A DNA stretch of 62,413 nucleotides, the filler included, from Corallochytrium limacisporum Hawaii (Eukaryota; Protista; Pluriformea), in the NCBI GenBank assembly GCA_002811645.1. It is 4 parts of 4 records of this genome, joined end to end, with 100 filler letters (N's around TTAATTAATTAA, not from the genome) between each part and the next. Parts side by side here need not be neighbours in the genome. Positions count along the whole stretch, not along the records: positions 11,628 to 36,574 come from PDIP01000137.1; 3 more parts are not named here. The stretch is one strand, 5' to 3'. Both the position numbers and the translations under genes were made by a program. The notes beneath the pieces are model-generated. The model was given only the letters and a program-made list of their open reading frames with translations, ran no database searches and had not been told where the DNA came from. Shown here one piece after another: positions 24,225-32,606 of the stretch (the first letter of the stretch is position 1; every line of letters starts with the position of its first letter).

Positions 24225-25277
24225 ATGGAAATGGAGGGCACAAAGACCTCAAGGTCGTCAACGGTAGTGTCGGATCAGGACACAACATCAACAGCAACCA
24301 CAAAACGCTCAAGAACCATTTCCGAAATCATGGACAATGAAAGCGTTCTGCAGGTGCTGAGGAGCAAAAAGGCCTTCATCCTGGATATGGATGGTGTGCT
24401 CTACTGGGAAAGCCATACAGTGCCCGGAGCAACAGAATTCATTCAATGGCTTCAGGACAATGGCAAATTGTTTATGTGCATGACAAATGGTTCCACAAGG
24501 ACTCCCAAGGATTTGTCGGTCAAGCTGGCCAAAATGGGTGTCAACGTAGAGCCTCAGCATTTCTTTACTGCTGCGCTATCTACAGCATCGTTCCTGAACG
24601 ATCAGGCACCAGGGGAAGATTGCTACTGCATTGGTGGCAGTGGTCTGATCTCTGCACTTTACGACATTGGTTATACCATGAACGATATGGATCCCAGCTA
24701 CGTGGTGGTCGGAGAAACATCAGATTTCAACTACGATAAGCTGACTGTTGCTGTAAATCTAGTTAGACAGGGAGCGAAGCTCATCGGCACGAACATTGAT
24801 ATGTATGACAAGAGTGTCGATGGCATCAAGCCCGGCACAGGTACCCTCTGCTCAGCCATTGAGGCTGCCAGCGGCAAGAAGGCCTACTACTGTGGAAAGC
24901 CCAGTCCGCTGATGTTCCGAACAGTGCTAAAGAAATTGGGAGTTCATCCGAGCGAGGCGGTTATGATTGGTGACCGTATGGATACAGATGTCATCGGAGC
25001 TCTCGAAGCCGGATTGAGCACAATTCTCGTACTGTCCGGTGTTACCGATCTGAAGATGCTGGAACAGTATGCATACAAGCCGACTCTGATCCTGGAGTCT
25101 GTGGCCGACATTGTGGAATCAAAATTGCCAGCATTCATGCTGAACGCGTCCAAAGGAAAGAAGAACCGCAAAACAGATAGCACGGATAATGTTGATGAAG
25201 CACATGCGAGTGGATCGACACCGAAGAACAGGGGTTCTCTAGCAGTACGCCGTTCTTTTAGTGAGAACCTTGGTTAG
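24225..25277 (+). CDS. HAD subfamily IIA hydrolase, NagD-like nucleotide/sugar phosphatase
   Basis: ILDMDGVLY, MTNGS, VVVGE, LIGTN, GKPS, MIGDRMDTDVIGALEAGLSTILVLSGVT; start placed at the ATG at 24225. Confidence 0.9.
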   Translation: MEMEGTKTSRSSTVVSDQDTTSTATTKRSRTISEIMDNESVLQVLRSKKAFILDMDGVLYWESHTVPGATEFIQWLQDNGKLFMCMTNGSTRTPKDLSVKLAKMGVNVEPQHFFTAALSTASFLNDQAPGEDCYCIGGSGLISALYDIGYTMNDMDPSYVVVGETSDFNYDKLTVAVNLVRQGAKLIGTNIDMYDKSVDGIKPGTGTLCSAIEAASGKKAYYCGKPSPLMFRTVLKKLGVHPSEAVMIGDRMDTDVIGALEAGLSTILVLSGVTDLKMLEQYAYKPTLILESVADIVESKLPAFMLNASKGKKNRKTDSTDNVDEAHASGSTPKNRGSLAVRRSFSENLG

Positions 25278-25367
25278 TTCTCATGTCAACAACTAGTATC
25301 AAAATTGGTCATGAATGGATAACATAGATGAAGATTTAGTGTTTAGCGTTTTGTCTTGCAGTCAATT

Positions 25368-26375
25368 CTAGATCACCACATTCACCGGAGGTGCACGCGG
25401 AACTCGGTTCGGCGGTTGGGATCCAGCTCCCTCCGACCGCTTGACGATGGGCAGATCGCAGCATCGCGCGGGCAGCGGTTCCAGCAAAAAAAAGGGACTA
25501 ATCAATGCTTCCTCTGCCTTCAGACGACGCCGTGGATTCAGTGCTAGGAATCCCCGGATCAATTCTATGGCACCTGGACTAGCCTCTGGAACAAGATTGG
25601 TCCATGGCATCGGGTCCATGTGATAAAAGCAAATTTTGCTATAGTCCGGTAAGCATGTAACCTCCGGCCAGATGTCCAGGTTCGGCGTCCCCAACGCTCT
25701 CAACACACAGTATAGTTGGTCAATATCGTTTTCACCCGCAAATAGAGGCGACCGATTAAGCAATTCCCCAAAGATGCAACCAACGGCCCAATTGTCCATG
25801 CCTTCGTCATACTCCCTGGCTCCGTAGAGCAGTTCAATACTTCGATACCAACGGGTGGCAACTTGATGACTGTACAGCCGAGTCTGTGTGGGGTCTTCGA
25901 CAGATTTCTTTGCGGAATGAATGAATGTCCGAGCTAGGCCAAAGTCGGCGATTTTCAATTGCCCTCGGTCACTGATCAGCAGGTTGGCAGGTTTCAGGTC
26001 TCGATGCATGATCCCGTTCGTGTGCAAGTGTGCCACACCCCTCAACAGCATGCACATGTAGCTCTTCGTCTGCGATTCGCTCAAGGTAAGATCGGGCTTG
26101 TTGATGACCTCTGACAAATCTGATACCATGTACTCCAAAACGAGCATGAAGCCTGTGCTAACCGCAAAAGCGTCTAGCAAACGAATCACGTAGGGACTCT
26201 CAATGACACGCAGAGCCTCAATCTCACGTAAAATGTTCGTCGTGATACCCAGATCCACTCTTCGCAACATAACCTTCTTTAACGCCACTGTTTCACCAGT
26301 CTCATTCACTTTACCGCGAAAAACGACGCCGTGCGCACCTTCACCGATGCGGCCAAGGTTCCTGTACCGCTCCAT
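25368..26375 (-). CDS. CDK20: Cyclin-dependent kinase 20 (CCRK/LF2-like)
   Basis: [66 protein letters not shown]. Confidence 0.9.
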   Translation of the reverse strand: [335 protein letters not shown]

Positions 26376-26828
26376 CTCACCTTTGCTTTCCACGTCGCAG
26401 TTTTACACCGGTCTACATCCTCCATTCTGTCCAAAGAGCTTTTTAGGCCATGTCAATAGTTCGTATGCCCCGGCAGTTCACACTAATGTCATGTGCAGGA
26501 CGTTCCTAGTTACTAAGTAGCTTCGCCGATGGGAACAGCCCGCTTCGGGAGTCCGGATCCCCAACGGAGTCCCAAATGGGACCCCACCCCGCCCGCACCC
26601 GACAAACCGCCGGATTCAGTGGTTATGGGGAGGGTATGTGGCCTCAGACCCCGTGGCCGAAATACTCGATCGGAAATCGAGAAACAGAGAGACTGACTGG
26701 GTTTGGTACTTCAAGATGGGCATTGGAGTACACGTGATCTGTGTTAAGGACTCTGCTACAATATTATTGTGGGCACTACATAAACTCTATTTGGATACGA
26801 TCAGGTGCCTGGGCCGTGATGGGTCGTA

Positions 26829-28199
26829 ATGGTTCTACTTCTTAGGGTGGGAGTAAGGAACATCGGACTTCCTATCCGAGGCCGTGTGAAGCAAGCGAAG
26901 CCTATAGTGTATCATAGTTTTCAGAAGATATTTTATTCAAGTGGGCCTTCGAAAATGGATCACGAAGATAAGCCATTCGGGCGTATGCCAGACAATGCTT
27001 TCAATCTTTTGAACACGCAGATTCCACCACAACTACGGACGCTCGCTGACGTCATCAGCGACGAAGGCTTCCAGCTGCGCATTGTCGGAGGTGCCGTCCG
27101 GGATGCATTGATGGGTAAAACACCGAAGGATATCGACCTCGGAACAGACGGTACTCCTGAGGAGATACTAAAAGTACTGGAAACCAACGACTACCGCGTG
27201 ATTCCGACTGGACTGCAGCATGGAACGGTGACTGCTGTGGCCGGTGGTGTCAACTATGAAATTACTTCCTTGCGAATTGATCGCGCTTGTGATGGTCGGC
27301 ACGCTGTCGTCGACTTTACACGGAACTGGCGCATTGATGCTGAGAGAAGGGATTTGACGGTCAACGCCATGAGCTGCACCCTTGAAGGTGATCTGTACGA
27401 CTATTTCAATGGTTACGAGGATCTCAAGAACCGTAGATGTCTGTTTGTGGGCAATGCCGAAAAACGTATTCGGGAAGACTATCTGCGCATCCTGCGGTAT
27501 TTCCGCTTCCACGCCCGCATAGTCCCGGACCCTACTCTGCCAGGATCGCATGACGAGGCCACACTAAAGGCCCTGCGGGAAAATCGTCATGGTTTGAACC
27601 GCATTTCTGGAGAGCGTATCTGGCAAGAAATGGGCAAGATCCTTACTGGCCCTGCTGCTCCTGCAGAACTGCGGGTCATGTACGATCTGGAATTGATGAA
27701 GGAGATTGGTCTCGATCAAGACACTTCAGTGCATATGGATCATTTTTGCCGCATGCATGCTCGATCGCATGACGCAATCGCTTGTCTATGCTCATTGCTC
27801 AACTCACCTGAGGACATCGAGAAGATGAAGAAGCGGTGGAAGTTTAGTAACAGTGAAGAGCGTATGGGAATGTTCTTGGTGACTCAACGCAACAAAGATT
27901 ACTCCTTGAAAGCATGTAAGGACTTTCTTGTGGACAAGACCCCACTTGATTTTGTGGTGCAATGGACACATATTAAGGACGCCCCGGAAGCGGATATTGA
28001 CATTCTCAAGCAGTGGCCTATACCAACGTTCCCTGTGAATGGCGGCACGCTGAAGAAACTTGGCGCCAAGCCGGGACCATCCATGGGCGAAATGCTGGCC
28101 GACCTGAAGCAGGAGTGGAAGGACTCTGACTTTTCCATGGACCAGGCAGCGCTGGAAGAACGGGCCAAAGAGCGAATCTCCGCACAGCAGGAATCATGA
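26829..28199 (+). CDS. TRNT1: CCA-adding enzyme (class II tRNA nucleotidyltransferase)
   Basis: RIVGGAVRDAL, PKDIDL, GLQHGTV, EITSLRID, DAERRDLTVNAM, REDYLRILRYFRF, ISGERIW, FPVNG. Confidence 0.95.
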   Translation: MVLLLRVGVRNIGLPIRGRVKQAKPIVYHSFQKIFYSSGPSKMDHEDKPFGRMPDNAFNLLNTQIPPQLRTLADVISDEGFQLRIVGGAVRDALMGKTPKDIDLGTDGTPEEILKVLETNDYRVIPTGLQHGTVTAVAGGVNYEITSLRIDRACDGRHAVVDFTRNWRIDAERRDLTVNAMSCTLEGDLYDYFNGYEDLKNRRCLFVGNAEKRIREDYLRILRYFRFHARIVPDPTLPGSHDEATLKALRENRHGLNRISGERIWQEMGKILTGPAAPAELRVMYDLELMKEIGLDQDTSVHMDHFCRMHARSHDAIACLCSLLNSPEDIEKMKKRWKFSNSEERMGMFLVTQRNKDYSLKACKDFLVDKTPLDFVVQWTHIKDAPEADIDILKQWPIPTFPVNGGTLKKLGAKPGPSMGEMLADLKQEWKDSDFSMDQAALEERAKERISAQQES

Positions 28200-28414
28200 C
28201 GTGGGTCCTCACACTATCTAGTGTATAAAGATTTGCAAATGTCCTTGGTAGATTGTATGTGATTGACCATTAGGGCCACCGGCATGGTCATCAATGGTGT
28301 GCTGGCGCCAGCTAGCGGACTGACCGGTCTGCAGATCGGATATCCAAGCAATGTAGTAGAATCGTGTAGAAATCCGATGCAAAGTCATGCTGGGATCATC
28401 GCACGTTTCGGTGA

Positions 28415-28804
28415 CTATGATGTGGAGGAGAGACAGCCATTTTCGAAATTCCCGTATGGAGATCGTGTCCTTTCGGTAGTAGTGGAACGAACATACCAGA
28501 TCACTTCCTGCTTCATGTTGTCAAGCTGTTCACGGATTTCTTTATAGGAAAAGCTTGTTTCATAGTTCACACGGCTACACTGAAGGGGCTCCTTGACCTG
28601 ACCGTACCCGTCCCCGCTCGTGTACAGATTCACCTTATTGGGTTTGCCCGTGACCGGATCCATGACGTGCGTTGACGAATCCGCTCTAGTCCCAGCCTCC
28701 CTGCTGTGAATTGATGTCGATTCTAGAGCAGCCGCCTGGTACGTATAATGTGTGGGCATGTCGGTGGTACCAAATGTGACCAGAACATGACCCGTGCCTT
28801 CCAT
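28415..28804 (-). CDS. Small hypothetical protein (129 aa), possibly a frameshifted remnant
   Basis: ATG-initiated ORF with an AT-rich leader, convergent on TRNT1; no recognised motif. Confidence 0.35.
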   Translation of the reverse strand: MEGTGHVLVTFGTTDMPTHYTYQAAALESTSIHSREAGTRADSSTHVMDPVTGKPNKVNLYTSGDGYGQVKEPLQCSRVNYETSFSYKEIREQLDNMKQEVIWYVRSTTTERTRSPYGNFENGCLSSTS

Positions 28805-29408
28805 GTTCTTAATACAATCTAAACCTATAATGTTCCACACTAATTGTATATATTCAATACTTGTTGTCAGGGAATATTTTAAACTAAATAGGAAAATCAC
28901 CAGTGCTGACATACAAACACAGTGCGCACCACCGCAACGTATGCAAAATTTTCACCTCTCTTTTCTTTCTTTATTAATTACTGTGCGCAACTTTGGGGCT
29001 GTGACGCCTTTTGCGCGACTCCGTTTGCGAAATTTGTCCTGGAAAATGACAAACAGCAAGTGACAAAAAGACAATAGTGATTATACAAAAATAATAGACA
29101 AAACTTTACAGACTTGTTGACAGCAACTGGCACATCATCATGTGTTGGTTTGCTTCATCTGTAGGGCGATCCAGGCCATTCGGGCACAGTGCGGAAAGTG
29201 GATACTGACCATCCCTATGTCCTGTCCCTGGTTGAGTTTCCAGGTATGTCTGGCCTCTGCTTCGCAATGCAATGACACCAAAATGTCTTGAAGATGGGTG
29301 GTAGATGTGGCGCCCATATCTCTGTAGTGGATAAGAATCCGGTGAACGATTGTTTTTTGATTCAGCATGGGCATCAGAACCAGAGATGGACAGCTCGTTT
29401 GGATATCT

Positions 29409-32400
29409 TTAGACCCTCTCTGTACTTCCAATTGTTGAAGCACTCTCAACCATCATGCGCAGGCGCTTGATCTCCTCTTCCTGCTCAGCAAGACGTTCAG
29501 CCAGGGCTTCACGATCCTCCTTTGTGGTTGTACCGTCTGTTTCACCGGCATCGACGGCAGTGACGACAGTCTTGGCCAGACGACCCTTTCCGTCGACAAC
29601 CTTTTGCTTGGTAACGACGGCGTAGATCTTGGGGAAGAACATGAGAGCCATGACACCACCGTAAGCAAGCATACCAGCAACTAGACTGATCACCAGGGCC
29701 GTATCAGGGTTGTCGATGGCAATGCGAGCTGCACGGGAGGCACCCTGCAAGAGAATAAACTGGTAAATAGTGAAGCCAATGAAACGGGCTTCGTTGAAGG
29801 CTTCAGGGGCATTGCGTACACCCCAGGCTAAAACACAGCCAAAGAGCAGGAACAGCAATTCCAGTCCAAGCAGAACATATCCGAAGATTTCTTCTGAGCA
29901 GTGGTAGTACATGGTGACGTTCAGACCGTCACGGTCAAGCTCACCAGCCTCCACCACAGTGCGCAGAGAAGGCACGGCAGACCACACAGTCAAGGCGACA
30001 GCAGCGAGGAAGGCAATGAGCACGAAGACCAAGAGCAGGCGATTGTCAGAGATTTTGACGCGCTTGTGTTTCGCGTTAAAGACACGACGGATACGGTACG
30101 TCTTGAGGAAGAGGGGAGCAAAAATGAATACGTAGGCCATGTGTTCGAACCAGTTGAGGACATTGCAGGACTCGGTGGTGGGAGCATAGATAGCCTCGGT
30201 AATCAATGTGCAGAAACCAAAGACGCAACCAACAAGAATGAGCTGAAGGAAGTCAGCGGTGGATACACGGAACGCAGGACGCTTGCGCCACATCCATGTC
30301 AGGCCCATGCAGAGCACAGCCAAAACAATTGACAAGCTAGCAATAACCATTACAGCAATGCGGAGACCTTCGTTCTCGTTGAACCAAACGATAATGTCAT
30401 CCGTAATTTCCTCAGCCTGAGGGTACATGAGCAGATTATCCAGAGGCTCTACACCAGCAGCAGCGCCATCAAAGATCAGAACCACAGGGCGATCCTGAAC
30501 AGTACAGGTAGACAGAGCAAAACCAGCAATCTCATTAGTGCAGGGATCAGTGGCGTCATCGCTCGCGGAAATGGCAGCTTGGGTCATTGAAACAGCCCAG
30601 CCGTTTGTGACGGAGAAGGGCAGAGAGTCGGGCACGCGAGAGTCCCAAGAGTTGTTGATGAAGTTGTAGTAGATGAGGGAGCTAGAACCACCACCACCAA
30701 TCAGAACGCGACGATCAGCCTCAGCATCGGTAGATTCGTCCTTGATGGCTACAGCGAAGGCACCGGAGAGCGCTGACGGACCTGTGCCAGTGGGTTCTGG
30801 ATCAGTCCACGCATCATTTACAGTATCATACACACGGAAGATGTTAGAATTGGTTGTGCCGGTGGATCCTCCAAAAAGAATCAAATGGGTAGAGTTGGCG
30901 GCAGCAAGGGTACTTAGTTCCATGGCTGGCACGTCATCGGGCACTGAAAGCTGAGACCAGGTGTCGGCAGCAAAATTGTAGGCGTAGAAGTCGTTGCTCA
31001 GGTTGTTGTTTGACAGACGACCTCCAAAGACATACATGTTATCATTTGCCACAGCCGCTGCATGGCGAGTACGGGCTGACGGGGCGCCAGTAGACGAGTA
31101 TTGAGTCCAGAACAATGTCACAGGGTCGTAGCCCCAGAGCTCATTCATGGCAACAGAAGAGCCATCCTGACCACCGAAGATGTACAAATCGTTGTTGTAG
31201 CCAACCGAGGTATGACGCTCGCGAGCACCAGGGTTGCTCACGGAGGACGGAGTGATCACCTGCCATTCATTGCGATCATAGTTCAGATCCCACAGCTTGT
31301 CGCTGACCGTACCACCGGCAACCGTTTTACCGCCGAAAATCAGGATATGATTGTTGTTGATCATGGTGGATCCCCCGTTGGTGGACTCATAGGTAACGTG
31401 TACAGCACCGCCGCTACCTGTGTGCAGGGTGCGGACTCCTTCACTATCGGTCGGGAAGGGGTAGAACAGCTTCCACAGATTTGAGGCGGTTTCAGAGAAG
31501 ACAGACTGGTATCCGTTAGTGTCGGCACCATCTTCAACAGTACCCTCACCCAGACCAACGGTAACGGATTGGACAAAGTCGTAGATAGTGGAAGTTTGGA
31601 CAACAGCACAACCAGACTCGTCTGCGACAGCGTAGACCTTATCACCGGACTGTGTAGCCGAACAGGTGGCAGTGCTGGCACACCAATCACCACCGGCAGT
31701 TTGTCCAAACAGTTCTAAACCGCCACCGGCAATATCGACGAACTTGGTTTGGCCACCAACAAATTGGTCAGCGGCAATATCACCCAAAACCAGAGCAACG
31801 GCACCGTCAGAAGACTTCTGGACAGCGGTTACCAGGTTGTCAGAGCCAGGCTCCACACCACTGTCGAACGTTTGCTCGTAGTCAGAGCCCACACCAATGA
31901 CGTACAGATTGTAGCCTGTGGTATCAGCAGCATGCAGAATGGCACCGGAACCCATTGCACCACCAGCACCGAATATCACATCCACATTGTAATTGGTGAC
32001 CATATCATCTACGGCATTCTCACCGAGTGTGGCATTGCTGAAAGAGGGTACGTAGGTAGTGCGAACATTGCAGTCCCGGCACACAGAGGTCACACCCTGG
32101 TAGAAACCAGAATTGTAGGCCTGCAAGGGACGGAAGGGAGAGCCCAGAATAATACCGACATTCTTTGTAGTTGTCAGGGAAGCGGCGATGATACCAGCAA
32201 GGACACCACCCTCCTCTTCTTTGAAGATCACACCGAGAAGATTGGTTAGTTCCGCGTTGGTATTTTCGACATCAATAATGGCGAATTTCTGATTGGGATA
32301 CTCCGCAGCCTTCGCCGAGGTAGCAGCACCCATGCTGAAAGTGGCAGTAATAACAACATCATAGGTCTCACCGTTGGTCATGACAGTGTCAATAGCACCC

Positions 32401-32606
32401 GTGTAGTCACTGTCGGTAACTTCTGTAACATCACAGAGATTGGCATCTCCCATGTATTCAGTGCAACCGTCGACAATTAACTGGAGGAAAGTATTCGTCG
32501 TACCGCCGCTCGTAATTTCATCGGGAAGAATAATGGCTACATTGTCTGGAGCAGCCATGACAATCCCTGAGAGAGCCGCCAGTGCGGCCACAGTGAAGCC
32601 CTTCAT
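29409..32606 (-). CDS. Class C (GABA-B/Grl-like) GPCR with signal peptide, BMP/PnrA-type solute-binding domain, kelch propeller, 7TM domain and coiled-coil tail
   Basis: Signal peptide MKGFTVAALAALSGIVMA; BMP motifs AAEYPNQKFAIID, FKEEEGGVLAGIIAA, DVIFGAGG..GSG, VIGVGSD; six kelch-like xxFGG motifs; 7tm_3 motifs LKTYRIRRVF, RNAPEAFNEARFIGFTIY, FFPKIY. Confidence 0.9.
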   Translation of the reverse strand: MKGFTVAALAALSGIVMAAPDNVAIILPDEITSGGTTNTFLQLIVDGCTEYMGDANLCDVTEVTDSDYTGAIDTVMTNGETYDVVITATFSMGAATSAKAAEYPNQKFAIIDVENTNAELTNLLGVIFKEEEGGVLAGIIAASLTTTKNVGIILGSPFRPLQAYNSGFYQGVTSVCRDCNVRTTYVPSFSNATLGENAVDDMVTNYNVDVIFGAGGAMGSGAILHAADTTGYNLYVIGVGSDYEQTFDSGVEPGSDNLVTAVQKSSDGAVALVLGDIAADQFVGGQTKFVDIAGGGLELFGQTAGGDWCASTATCSATQSGDKVYAVADESGCAVVQTSTIYDFVQSVTVGLGEGTVEDGADTNGYQSVFSETASNLWKLFYPFPTDSEGVRTLHTGSGGAVHVTYESTNGGSTMINNNHILIFGGKTVAGGTVSDKLWDLNYDRNEWQVITPSSVSNPGARERHTSVGYNNDLYIFGGQDGSSVAMNELWGYDPVTLFWTQYSSTGAPSARTRHAAAVANDNMYVFGGRLSNNNLSNDFYAYNFAADTWSQLSVPDDVPAMELSTLAAANSTHLILFGGSTGTTNSNIFRVYDTVNDAWTDPEPTGTGPSALSGAFAVAIKDESTDAEADRRVLIGGGGSSSLIYYNFINNSWDSRVPDSLPFSVTNGWAVSMTQAAISASDDATDPCTNEIAGFALSTCTVQDRPVVLIFDGAAAGVEPLDNLLMYPQAEEITDDIIVWFNENEGLRIAVMVIASLSIVLAVLCMGLTWMWRKRPAFRVSTADFLQLILVGCVFGFCTLITEAIYAPTTESCNVLNWFEHMAYVFIFAPLFLKTYRIRRVFNAKHKRVKISDNRLLLVFVLIAFLAAVALTVWSAVPSLRTVVEAGELDRDGLNVTMYYHCSEEIFGYVLLGLELLFLLFGCVLAWGVRNAPEAFNEARFIGFTIYQFILLQGASRAARIAIDNPDTALVISLVAGMLAYGGVMALMFFPKIYAVVTKQKVVDGKGRLAKTVVTAVDAGETDGTTTKEDREALAERLAEQEEEIKRLRMMVESASTIGSTERV

